Part shown: positions 1-12,064 of the stretch, piece by piece
How positions within the stretch are numbered: position 1 is the first letter of the stretch
Layout: every line of letters starts with the position of its first letter
Source: Ginglymostoma cirratum
Lineage: Eukaryota
Assembly: GCA_024137785.1 (NCBI GenBank)
Contig: JAHRHZ010000002.1
Location: forward strand, 14,053,250 to 14,117,249
Length of the DNA stretch: 64,000 nt
Direction of reading: 5' to 3'
Translations under genes and position numbers: made by a program
The notes under the pieces: generated by a model
Told to the model about the DNA's origin: nothing
Seen by the model: the letters and a program-made list of their open reading frames with translations, nothing else
The model's database searches: none

Positions 1-74
1 GCAGCTAGAGGTGAAATCAACAAGAAGAACAAAAAGAAATCAATGACTTTGGGATTATGACTGGGAATACATGT

Positions 75-132
75 TCTGAAGATGTATGACTGGACCTAAA
101 ACATTGACTCTAATTTCTCTTCGCAGATGCTG
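75..132 (+). mobile_element. Degenerate PLE terminal-repeat (pLTR) tail fragment, interrupted and resuming at about 660-710
   Basis: ctgaagatg...ggacctaaaacattgactctaatttctcttcgcagatgctg resembles the copy at 41651-41790; 'ggacctgctgagtttttaacagcaatttctg' near 669 continues the same consensus. Confidence 0.6.
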
Positions 133-660
133 AATTAGCTTTATTGTCATGTGCACTCGAATGAGTGCAGTGAAAAGTTTACAATGTCACCACTTATGGA
201 ACCATCTTTGTTACAAGATATCTAGGCACAGATATTTAAGTATTTGGTGCAGGTTTGAAAGAATAAATAAAATTTCAGCCTAAGGATAAAATGTTTACAA
301 CCCTTTTCACCAAGTCTGCACCAGCAATTATCCTCCAGAATGCACCATGCCCAGCTTCCAGACCATGGCAGGTTTCAAAGCCCAATGCTTCACTTCCATC
401 CCACGAGGACCTTGACTCCCTGCACCGGCATGTGAACTGGGAAAGGCCTCCTGTGCCAGCCTTCGATCCAAGACTCCTCTCCCACGTTGACCTGATGTGT
501 GGCTTGCCTGATTTGACCTCTGAGTCACCTCCTTAATTTCCACCTGGGTAAGGTTATGACGTTAAAAGTTTTTAAAAAATCACCCCAGCAAGGAGAAAAA
601 AAAGATAGAAAGGAAAAGAACGTGCGGAGCAGAGGAGCTGTGGCCGGAGCATCCCACTCA
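133..660 (-). mobile_element. Non-autonomous interspersed repeat, possibly Rex1/Babar-derived, inserted in the pLTR fragment
   Basis: Begins gctttattgtcatgtgcactc (aataaagc on minus strand); resembles a shark repeat as recalled; no coding motif seen. Confidence 0.35.
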
Positions 661-835
661 GCAGCTGTTGGACCTGCTGAGTTTTTAACAGCAATTTCTG
701 CTTCTATTTCGAATTCATGAGATAAACACACTAACAATGGAATGACGGAGCTGTTCCAATGGCACGGGCCCCCAGTGAATCATAACCAAATTCTCCTGGT
801 GAATTGCATAACTAGTGCTGCAGATACAGATTTTT

Positions 836-935
836 GGATTTATTTATTCATGTTTGTGAGACATGGTATCATTGGCTGGCTGGCCTTTATTGCCCATCCC
901 TACTTGCCCTTGAGAAGACGTGATGAGCTGGTTTC
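836..935 (-). mobile_element. 3' tail fragment of the tRNA-headed LINE/SINE family
   Basis: ggctggcctttattgcccatccctacttgcccttgagaag is the reverse complement of the tail at about 25915-26000. Confidence 0.7.
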
Positions 936-1284
936 TTTAACCACACCAGTCCCCCAGATAACATGTGTATAGAGGGTTGGGGTGGTTCAGTGCTGGCTCA
1001 TGGAAAATTATAGAAAACGTAAAAGGCCAATGGAGGGTAAATGCTCAGTAGAGATTCATAAAGATTACAGAGCAGGTAATAGGACAATGTCTCCATTCTT
1101 CTACATCAAATTCTTCATCCAAATAAACCTGGAATGTCCTTTTTTTATCTCCATCAACAATCTTCAATCACTCCCCCTCAATAGACTTAGATTTTTGTCA
1201 TTCAATTCATACATTTTGATAAAATTCAAAGGCAGACAACGTGCAAAAATACGTCCCTGGAATTAGAAGTACAGAACAAAAAAG

Positions 1285-2180
1285 TAAACAGAATTTCCAG
1301 GGAGAAAAAAGTTCAGCATGTCTGGCAGCATCAATGGAGAGAAAGTAGAATTTATATCTCAGGTTCAGTTAACCTTCTTCAGAACTGAATTAGTGAAGAA
1401 AATGTTACTAGAAACGCTGAAGTTGGGATGTGGAAGGGGCAAGGATTGGGACGATATGATTTTGAGGGAATTGGGTATGGTAGAGATCACAAGATGCAAT
1501 TGAATTTGTGACCATTGTGGACAGAATACCTTGATTTTCAATGGTGCGACCATGGTCCGGGGGAGGTTTGAAGATTTGTCCGAGAGCTCATGCTCACCCT
1601 CCACACCCTGTCAGTATGACAGACAAAGACAGTACCACCATTCTCGGCAGGCTTGATTAAAAAGTCAGGGTTGGATATAAGAGCATCAAGTACAGTCAGC
1701 TCAGAGGGAGATAACTTCAAACGGTTAAGAGTGGCAGAGAAATTGAGGCAATTAATGTCAGTTCAACAGCTCTCAATAAACTGATCGAGTTCAGTAAAAG
1801 GCAGGAGGTAGGGCTCCGGCTGGAGGCAGTGTGGTGGAGGCAGTTGAAGACATCTTTAGGGCGGCAAGAGGACTATTTTCTAAAGAACTAGGCACTGAGG
1901 TAAAGGCGAGTGACAAACAGTTCATCATCACGTTGTTCCTGAAACTCATTGTGGTCAGTGTGCAGGGAGATAAAACTAAGACCTTTTCTGAATACAGAGT
2001 GTTCAGTATCGGAAAGCAGAATTTATGAAGGGGTACTAAATAAGTGACACGAGATGGGGTTTAGAGAGGGCATGCTGTCAAAGACAAGGGGGAAGAAAGA
2101 AGTTTACAGAACGGTATGGTTATCTCTAAGTTGTTGTATCTTGCATTTCTGAATGCCAGAAAGGACAAAAATTGTTTATT
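1285..2180 (-). mobile_element. Penelope-like element remnant (N-terminal/pre-RT region plus pLTR tail)
   Basis: ORF 1538..1720 LSPSELTVLDALISNPDFLIKPAENGGTVFV matches the PLE IKPADKGGAVV motif; minus strand near 1950-2030 reads LSDTEHSVFRKGLSF; pLTR-like tail at 1290-1390. Confidence 0.8.
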
Positions 2181-3385
2181 GCCAGAAGTTCCCTCTCCCG
2201 TCCATAATTGGAAAAGTTCATGAATTTTTCTTTCGATTTCCATCCTGTGCTTAATTTAATCTTTTCCGTCTCTGATTCTTTCCTTTCACTTCTCAGCAAC
2301 TCCATTTCCATTTCTCGTGATTTGCTCCCTACCAATATCCACTAGAAACTCACTGACTCTCACAGTTACTTTGACTATAGATCATAACGCCCTGCTTCCT
2401 GGAAACACTATTCAATACTCCCAGTTCTTCAATCATCGCCACACCTGTCGACCTTGCCACCTTCGAAAAAGAGCCTCAGAACTGTCTACTTTCATCCTCA
2501 ATAGAGATTCTCCACCAGTAGTTGATAAGATTCACCGACATTTCAGACTCATTTTCTGCACTTCTTCCCTCGAACCTTCTCTTCCCTCCCACAACAGCAA
2601 TACGGTATTCGTGGTCATCACTTTCCACCCCCTCCACCCCACGAGGGTCAACATTCAAAGAATCATTAACCAGTATTTCCACCATGTCCAACGGGGTGCA
2701 ACCACCGAGCGTTAGTTCCTATCTCTTCCCTTGTCAGCCTTCCCATTCACTTCAGGATGCATTGGTCCATTCTTATTCGACTATCAACACCCCTTCAGCA
2801 ACTTCGCATGTATTTGGTAAAGGTCTAACACCTGATTACTTCCTCCCTCCTCACTATCCAGGCTCCAAACACACCTTCTAGTTGAAATTGCAATTTTCCT
2901 TTACTTCACTCAACGTAGTCGACTGCATTCAATGCTATACATTGGGGAGGTAAAACGCAGACCGATCTGAAGAACACTTACTTTCTGTCCACAAAAATGA
3001 CATTGAACTTCCTGTTACCGCTAGTTCAACACACCACTGTTATCCATGCCAAAATTCCCTGTCTCAGGCTTGCTGCAATGCTCCAGCAAAGGTCAGCACC
3101 CGTTGACATCTCCTCTTTTCACTTGGACTGAATATCGAATTCAACAATTTTATGTTCTGGGCATCTTCTCCAATCCCTTTAATCTTAACTTCTCACACCA
3201 GCCCTTGTCACATGGACTGCTGTGGCACTCAACCCATCGTCAGCTGTTAACAGTTTCCATTCTTTGATATTGATTTCCTCAGGCTGACCTTTACCCATTC
3301 CTTTGTCTGGCTAACTGCTTTTCTCTTCCCCTTCGGCTTTATTTCCGTCTTTTGTTTACTTCTCTGATCTCCCCTTTCCCTATTG
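2180..3385 (+). mobile_element. Penelope-like element remnant (RT C-terminus and GIY-YIG endonuclease)
   Basis: Degenerate TNIxxKxTDSHSYxDY at about 2331-2380, YSQF in ORF 2317..2715, NVVxCIxC...YIGE at about 2911-2955, then pyrimidine-rich 3' region. Confidence 0.8.
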
Positions 3386-4899
3386 TTACATATGTATATC
3401 CGTTTGTGGGTGTATATATATACGATTTTTCAAAATGATCTGAAACATTTTTTCTTGTATGTTACTTCTCCCCATGTTAAAGGTAGTGTTTTTTTTTCTC
3501 CTAAGCACATTTACTTCCTTATGGCAATTTAATATTTTTCTGTTACCCAAAGACTTATCAATTTGTTTGGCCAATCTCTCTCTTTCCAATGATTTTTTTT
3601 CTTTCCTATGTTCAAACCATTTCTTCTTTGGAAGGTAGCGATTAGTCAGCTATCACTTTTCCTGCCCACTACTCAATCCAATTATGCCAACTTAGATCCA
3701 TGATTAAGTTAAATTTCTCCTGCTTGCCTACCTTCTTCTGAGACATTTTTCTTTTACATAGTGATTCCAAACCTCATAATTCAGTTATCATTATTTCATG
3801 AATATTTTTCACAGACACTTGATAATTAGTCCATCTGATTGCCACGATCTAGATCTAGCATTACTTTAATTTTTTTTTGGATGAAAATATTTTTTCATTC
3901 ATTTCAGTCATTCTTCAGAGTGCACTGTGGGAGCTCTTATACCAATCTCCCATTCCCACTCATCCTAATGTTAAAAAAAGAAACTGTTTAATACAGTTCA
4001 GGATATAATTTCAAAAAAAGAAAATCACCTATGAGTGTCTGCTTCACTGACTATGGCAGCATTTACTATCCGGTGCTGACTGTCCTTGAGAATGTGCTCG
4101 TGAGCTGCATTTTTGAAAGTCTGAATTCCATTTGCTGGAAATCTATCCAATTTAACACAATGGCTGTGCAATATAATATGCTGCAGGGTTTTTTTCGTTT
4201 TAAACTTTAGATTGTCTCAAAAATCTACAAAAAGTAGTCTTCCTGATCCTTTTTTAAAAATGAAAACGGGGCAGGTAGGCAGATTGCTGAATTTAAACTT
4301 TTACTTTCGTCCGTTCCTCCATTACCTACCCGAGCTCCATGATAGAAGCAATGCCTTTTGGAAACTCAGTCAGTAATGTTGCTAATCTCTATAATGGATA
4401 AGACGCCTTACCCACGGTTCCTTCTGAATGTTTCACAGTTTCAATGTTTCCTTAATAGTTGTTTTAATCATGGAGGAGTACGTAACTATCAACTGTTGGC
4501 AGATATGTTGATCCTAACCCTAACCCAAACCTTGCTTACATTTGCTGTGATACCATGAGACTTCATAGAACACAATAATCCTGACGACAGTTAGGCCATT
4601 TTGTTCTCCAAATTTATAACAGTGTCGCCACATTAATTAGACATGTACTAATGCATGTTAGACAGACAATGCTGTGCTTTACAGTGGGGATTGGCCTGTA
4701 ACGTACGAATCCGTGGACTATGATAAGATTAGTCTGCTGTTTACTGGTCACAGAACTCCAGGCAGAGACAAAAAGAAACACTCCACAACTAACCTCTGTC
4801 TTCTATGTCCAAACCGATTTTGCACCTATATTTCCGACTCCAGGATCCAACATGACTTAATCTTCTGGGCCAGTTTACCGTAAGGAACCTTGACAGATT

Positions 4900-5690
4900 C
4901 TTTAGACAACATTCACTATCCTACCCTCATCAACGATTGTCATTGTTTCCTCAAAAGAAAATCAATCAAAATGTGAGCAAAATCACTCTCTCACAAAGCC
5001 ATGTTGACAGCCCTCAGTAAGAGCTGTCTTTTTGGAATGCTTGTCCAATAATTTCTCTACCACTGATGGAAGGCTCTTCGGCCTATCATTTCCTGGATTA
5101 TCGTTGGTGTCCTGCTTAAGCAAAGGAATGACATTGGCTAGATTTCAGTTCTCTGGACCTTGTCTGCTGTTAAGGAGGGTGCAAAAATCTGTCCATGCCA
5201 CGCACTTGTCCTCCCTCACTTGCTTCAGTAATCCAACGTTAAATATCATTCGGTCCTTAACATTTTTAAAGGGACCCAATACCTCCTCCTTCTTCATATC
5301 GACATACCATAGAATTCCAACGTATTCCTCCTAAAGACTAGCATCAACTGTGTTCTTCTCCTTACCAAATACAAATGTGAATTTTAAAAAATCACTCACT
5401 TCCTCCAGTTCCATAGACAAGTCTTTCCATTGCCTGGAATGGGCCTGCCTTTACCGGGGCTAATCTAATTCTCTAAATATACATGTATATTTCCTTGCCA
5501 TTTTCACTAATCCAACTTATGAAAAGTATTTGAATGGTCCCTTTCAGCCTCCAAATTCCTTGTAGAATATCTTTCCTTCTTCCTTTATATTCCTCAAAGT
5601 TCTTATCTAATTTCAGTTTCTGGAACCTTATATATAGTTTTCTTCTTTTCTTATTTGACTAAACGCACAACATCTGGAATATTTTTGGCA
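4900..5690 (-). mobile_element. Degraded CR1 LINE ORF2 fragment
   Basis: Similar to 31190-32000 (acaaagccatgttgac, cctatcatttcctggattatc); ORF 5032..5334 is its antisense shadow. Confidence 0.7.
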
Positions 5691-5859
5691 TATGTTTGGT
5701 ACATTTCGTCCATTTGTTTTAGAGGTATTAGATTTTTTTTTAATTGTCATTCATTTTTTGGTGTTTGCGTCCTACTGACTCTGCCAATATCCTTATTTCC
5801 CTGAGAGTAGTTAGCACTCAATCACATTGCTGTGCATCTGAAATCACCGATCATCCACA

Positions 5860-6060
5860 ACAAGTAAGGATAGTAGATTACCTTCGTTTCACGTTATTAA
5901 TGCACTGGATGGATTGTGATGACAATCAATAGCAGTTATCTACTGCAGTATGGATTCCAGGTTTCATTGAATGCAATCTTCACCTTGTCAGAATTCTAAC
6001 CCATTTTTATTGAACATTGAATGGATTTCCAGTCCCGTGATACTTCCACTGTATCACCGT
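5860..6060 (-). mobile_element. Degraded tRNA-head SINE related to the 5' end of the LINE at 22810
   Basis: Weak reverse-complement similarity to 22820-23000 and to 56715-57040. Confidence 0.45.
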
Positions 6061-6606
6061 TTTCACAATGGGAAAATTAATGTATTTGACAAACAATTTT
6101 AGAGCAAAACTTAGTAAGAATCGAAGTAATATTCCAAGATCTGAATTAATATTCTCGATAGTGTCCTTTATGGTCACATTTTTACGTGGTGTTCTATCCT
6201 AATATTTAATAATTTATTTTATGCCTGATGGCGAATGGTGTGACAAAAAGCGACAGTTTCAGAATTTAAAAAAGTGGTATCATGGACTTGAGTTTTCTTT
6301 TGTAAATAATTGGTTTAGGATTGCCTTCCATTTTTATATGTACAATAAGTGAGTAAACGTGACCTCAGCTTAACATTCGTTTGATAATTTAAGATTGCCA
6401 TAAATGTTCAAATGCTAATATTCCATTGCAGTGTCTGAATCATAATACCTGATTTCTTCTAATGAAAACATTATTGCAGAATGGGTACAAGTTCATTCTA
6501 AGAAATTCAGAATATTGTGCACAAAAACCTACTTTAATTCCTTTCACTTCCAGTTCAAAATGGAAAATTGGTTATTGTTGAGTGGAAGATTGTTACGGAA
6601 ATAACG

Positions 6607-6923
6607 GAGATAACAAGGTGTAGATCTGGATGAACACAGCAGGCCAAGCAGCATCATGGGAGCAGGAAAGCTTGAAATTTCGGGCCTAGACCCTTCATCA
6701 GAAATGCAGGTTTGTCCGGAGGGAGGAGGGTAACTTCTTCAGGGTAGGCATCCGTAGAAGAGGCGTCGCCGTGGGGTTAAAATTGTTTCAGAAATAATAA
6801 GAACTGCAGATGCTGGAGAATCTGAGATAACAAGGTGTAGAGCTGGATGAGCATAGCAGGCCAGGCAGCATCATAGGAGCAGGAAGCCTGACGTTTTGGG
6901 CCAGGACCCTTCTTCAGAAAATG
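6607..6923 (-). mobile_element. Tandem pLTR-spacer-pLTR miniature Penelope derivative
   Basis: Direct repeats gagataacaaggtgtaga...cttca(t/g)cagaaa(a)tg at about 6607-6706 and 6825-6923, each ending in a decayed hammerhead motif on the minus strand. Confidence 0.85.
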
Positions 6924-7565
6924 ACGGATTCATTATGGAATCCTTGTAAAGACTAAAGAACGCCCTCGCTGTATTGGTTAGTGTGGTAATTGAAAAGTGA
7001 TAAAAAGCCAGTTGCAGCTGTTTGTCAATTCTAGTAAACAAATTTTCTGGAAAAGAGCGGTGACGTGCTGTATACGAAAAAAAGTAATATTTTGTTAATC
7101 TGTGCATAATTTGAAATAACTATGATATTAATTCGTTTCTTCAATCCTGTGCATAATGTGAAATGACTAACATACTTTTAAAATTAGGCTTCAACTACGA
7201 ATTGCTCAGATATTTTCACTAGCTACTTGTGTCCCAATGCTCTTAAATGCACTTTTGTTCCAACCTATCCCATTCTCAATTTTCATCTAATATTATTTCA
7301 AATCTACCCGAATATCATTCAATTCTGCATTTTTCTCATCATTACTCACCTCCTCCTTTTATCTGATGAATAACATCTGAGGGCAATCATTCAGAAGATA
7401 AAAAAAAATAAGTACAGATTTTATGAGGAAGTAGAAGTTTAAATTTCAAGACAATGGATTGGAAGCTCACAAATTCATAAGCATTAATATGCTAATTAAT
7501 GTCAGCTTTCGTGACAACATAATTTCCGTGACACATCTTGCTTCAGTGTTTTCCATTATCACGGA

Positions 7566-7600
<35 letters not shown>

Positions 7601-7624
7601 TACACACAAACATATACACACACA
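7566..7624. repeat. Compound microsatellite (CT)n(CA)n
   Basis: Direct reading: tctctctctctctcacacacacacac... Confidence 0.95.
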
Positions 7625-8099
7625 AATTGTCGAGATGGATAGAACCCATCGAACTTTTTCCAGTTTCAAAGAAAAGGGTATTTTTTTTTGTAAGTAGTTG
7701 CACAATGTGGAGAGCCTTGAGCATGTGTGACTTCGTTATTGTCATTGTATTTCAGGTATGTTAAGATGTTCATTGACTTAATCTAGCAAGCATTGTTGTT
7801 TCTACAGATCATATTTCCTATTTCATAGGAATCAACTAATCATTAGCTGGGCCAGAACAATAATTGGGAGACATATACTTATCGTGTACTAATTTGGAAA
7901 CGATAATTTAGCTATGCCTGTATTTGTTTGTTTAGCTTGCCTGCACCATGGAGAACCGCATTGGCTTTTTCTAATTCTGGAAGAAAATAAAAGTTAAGAT
8001 GCTTACAAAGTCTCAGATGTGATCATGCTCAAAATGCATATTTTCTCCTTTTCTTCCAGACAGTTGAGCAATTAGGTTGAACAAATCAAATTCATTCTT

Positions 8100-10130
8100 A
8101 CTTCCAAATATGGCACATGATAAAACATCACGAAACCCATGACATTGAGTAAATGAGACCATTCTCATCTGGTCTGGTCAACCTTTGACTGCAAGGCAAT
8201 ATTATTCTCTATGACTCTTAAATGGCCTCTAAACTAGTTTGGCAAGTCAATCATTTCAATTGAATGGCTAACACTTTTTAAAGGTATGAATCAGAACATC
8301 CCAACTGTTGGACATAGGTGCCAGAAACAACAACAAACTCATCACCTTAAATCCTTTAAACCTGTCCATACTGATACTTGGTAGAACGTGCAAATGCTAG
8401 GGGAAAAGTCAAACTGATTGCAACAAGCAACAAATTGACATGGTCATCCTTAGAGAATTGTATCTCATAATAATTCCACAGGAAAACTATCACAATTATT
8501 ACGCTTGATCTGTTCAGTGGGAGGACAGACACAATATGTATGACAGCATATCTACATATAGTCAAGAATGAGGTGCTGGGTGAATTTTCAAAATTGACTC
8601 CTAGTTCCTTGATGTCTCACCACGTTAGGTCGAAGATAATTAAAATGAACAAACTACTCTCCTGTTCAACTTAGCTGATATAGAAGTGAAGAATTCCTTC
8701 ATACTGTGCATCACTTTGACGGAGCTGTCAATTTGGAGAGGGCGCAGATTGCACTTAGACGAAGGGACTTTGGTAACCATCAACCCCAATGAATCTGCAG
8801 CATGTCTACTGGCTGGTATGGTTGGGACTTAGATGACATTGATGCTTCAACCAGGCATTTGCCGAGCGAGGAGGTAACCAACAGGACGGAAAATAAAATA
8901 CTTGACCCCATTAACCCGTCACGAGGGCATCTGTACAAGGCTGTTTTTGTGGGATTGCTCGATTCAGTCAGTGTGGAAATAGAAACCCATCTTCATATTG
9001 AAGATTTTCTTCTGAGTATTGCATAGACCTATCCTGATGCAAAACAGCCTATACTTTGAAAATGTACAGAATGTCAGGATTGTGCATCCACGACATTTTA
9101 GAACCTCCATGGCATTGCAAGTATGTTCAAATATAATCAATCACATCATGGACCAGTGAATGCATGTGTTAATCTTCAATGGAGAGATAGAGGTTCAACA
9201 CATATTCAATGAATTTTGCCGGACAGCACGTCTGGAATACCTTGAAATGAGATGGTAATCTGATGAATCTACAGCATATTACGTTTTAATGGCCAAGCAA
9301 AAGAAGCAGCAAGTCACAGTGAAAGATCTAAATGATTTCACAAACAACTGTCCAGATAAAAGCTCTGCAGTCCTGTTGCTTTGAGCTGTAGATGCTGGTG
9401 GGAAATTAAACAACTCAGTGAAGTATGACGTTGCACAGATATCACATTTGGAAACAAAAATATAGGGTTGAAGCATGTGGAAAAAAGAAACTATTCAGAT
9501 GTGAATAGTTTAACAACCACTTGGTTAATGTCCTGAGGGAACTTCATTCAATTTGGTTCAGTTCTCGTAATTTCACTGTTCACCTGAAGAAACTGCATCG
9601 TTTTCCCTCCATGATGACTCCAGATGTCATAAAATTCACTTAAATTCAGTACCATTAATGACACCTCTGATACAGAAGCATTTCATTTTGAAATATAATA
9701 TGTGGACAATACAGATACTTCTGCTGACAAACGTTAAGTCAAATTTGTTCTATACAAGTGCCAGGAAATTAATATGTCCAACAAGTGTAATCTAACCAGC
9801 CCATCTTGACATTCAATGACATGAATGCGTTGCTATAAATATCTATGGGAAACTGCAGTCCAGAAACAGATTTGTTAGCCACCTACATACTACAGCTAAA
9901 CAGCAGGTAAATAGCTAGAAAAAACTTATAGCGAATAAAGTATCTTTTCGGTCTTGAATTTCTCTTCACTATCTTCATGGAAAAATGCAGAATCTGATGG
10001 ATGACTTCCAACATTTATGCATCAAAGTAATTGTAACAAAATTCGCAATGGTTGACGGCTTGCAAGATAAAGCAAATTGGTTTGTGACGCCACATATACT
10101 GAACATTGGCTGCATGTAGCATCCATGCGC
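8100..10130 (+). mobile_element. Highly degraded copy of the ORF2-only LINE family (as at 22810-26015), probably interrupted by another insert at about 8560-9050
   Basis: 8165-8250 resembles 22985-23080; 9750-9825 (tacaagtgccagg...aatctaaccagcccatcttgacattcaatg) matches 25260-25330. Confidence 0.55.
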
Positions 10131-10169
10131 ACTAGAAGTATTAAGTGAAATAGTCAACTTGGGAGAGAG

Positions 10170-10700
10170 AAAATCTTGAAAAGTATATAAATAACCACGT
10201 CAGAGATGCTGCAATTGTGATTATCTTCAAGAATGGAGACAGGTCTGACTGTGGAAATTGTAGGGAGGATTTCACTGCTGTCTGCCACAGGAAATGCTCC
10301 CAGAAATAATCCTCAACAGGATGATGGAAATCTCAGTGTAGTTTCCTCCTTGTCAAAAGTCACAATGGCTAAATTTTAATATGTAGCAAATCCAAGAGAA
10401 GTATAGAACCAATATCAATCTTTATGCATAACCTTCTTTGATCATCACACCAATTTTGTCATCACTGTCAACCGGAATATAGTCCTCAAATATGGCTATC
10501 TACAGAAGTTTTTTTTCACTATTCTCTCGCTTCTTTAAGATGATATACAAACTGTAATCCGCATGAACGGATCGACTACAGACACAATGCGAGTACACGC
10601 ATGGTTGAAGCAGGCTCGTTTTATCACAACAACTTTCCCTGTACATTCATTGTCACAACACTCTACATCATCACACCCCACACGGGAGTAAATCCGAGCG
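10170..10700 (+). mobile_element. RTE/BovB-like LINE RT fragment
   Basis: 10203 onward reads RDAAIVIIFKNGDRSDCGNCR then ISLLSATG after a frameshift, matching RTE DAxIVTIFKKGDxSDCGNYRGISLLS. Confidence 0.75.
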
Positions 10701-11501
10701 CTTCCGGGCCAGAAGAAAGACAATTACATTCAATTTTGGCAAAGGGACAATCTAACTATTTAAAACGGGAGCCTTCGGAATATTTGCAAAGTAACTCAGA
10801 TGGATTGATGAAGACAACATTAAAGTCAAGCTTTTAGATTTTTTTGAACTAAAACTACTAGAACCACTATTTTGAATAATGTACCTTGTCGGGGGAAAAA
10901 ATACAAACTGGACAGCATAATACCATTCACTTTGAATTGGAAGTACCGGCTCCATTGTTGAACTCGATGAGAAATATTGATTCATAATAAATGAGTATTC
11001 AATTAATTGTGAACTGGTACACTTTTTTTCAGCGTGAGCAATTTCACACATTCACAGAAGCACAGAACTTGAATGGCGCATGAAGAAGTAGTTTTACCCA
11101 GCATTTCTGTTTTGTTTCTTCAGATGGATATCATTACATCAAGCCAGTCACTTGTGTTTTCTCAGCACCCTTGTACATTACCTTCATTTTAATAGTCACC
11201 TAATATTATCTTCAAAACCCCTATTCAAACTGCCTCTACCACACTTGCAGGCAGCCCATACCCTAATTATTCTCTGAGTGAAAACTTTTTTTCACAGCCC
11301 ATATTATCGTGGTTTCTTTGTCAGACCATCCAAAATCTATGCCTCCTCACTCATTCATTTTGCAAACTGGAACTGTTTCTCCCTATTTACTCTATCTTCT
11401 GTAAGGTTTCCTTCTCCTATTTTCTCTGCAAGTCGAACAGTCCCAACTTCTGCCATCGATCCTGACATCTGAAGTTCCTCACCCATGGAGACATTCTTTT
11501 A

Positions 11502-12064
11502 AGATAACAAGCATGGGGCTGGATGAACACAGCAGGTCAAGCAGCATCATAGGAGCAGGAAAACTNNNNNNNNNNNNNNNNNNNNNNNNNNNNNNNNNNN
11601 NNNNNNNNNNNNNNNNNNNNNNNNNNNNNNNNNNNNNNNNNNNNNNNNNNNNNNNNNNNNNNNNNNNNNNNNNNNNNNNNNNNNNNNNNNNNNNNNNNNN
11701 NNNNNNNNNNNNNNNNNNNNNNNNNNNNNNNNNNNNNNNNNNNNNNNNNNNNNNNNNNNNNNNNNNNNNNNNNNNNNNNNNNNNNNNNNNNNNNNNNNNN
11801 NNNNNNNNNNNNNNNNNNNNNNNNNNNNNNNNNNNNNNNNNNNNNNNNNNNNNNNNNNNNNNNNNNNNNNNNNNNNNNNNNNNNNNNNNNNNNNNNNNNN
11901 NNNNNNNNNNNNNNNNNNNNNNNNNNNNNNNNNNNNNNNNNNNNNNNNNNNNNNNNNNNNNNNNNAGTTTTCCTGCTCCTATGATGCTGCTTGACCTGCT
12001 GTGTTCATCCAGCCCCATGCTTGTTATCTCGGATTCTCCAGCATCCGCAGTACCTTTTATCTCT
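11502..12064. mobile_element. Head-to-head palindromic pLTR insertion with 16-bp flanking direct repeat
   Basis: Perfect 64-bp inverted arms 11502-11565 and 11966-12029; gagacattcttttaag at 11488-11503 and 12065-12080. Confidence 0.85.
11566..11965. other. Assembly gap (400 N)
   Basis: Run of N. Confidence 1.

Noticed and set aside
4513-4526. cctaaccctaaccc telomere-like motif
   Set aside because: Only two units; chance-level and not an interstitial telomere
7704-7761. Short ATG-initiated hydrophobic peptide ending at cag/gtatgt
   Set aside because: No promoter-like context, downstream exon or recognisable protein
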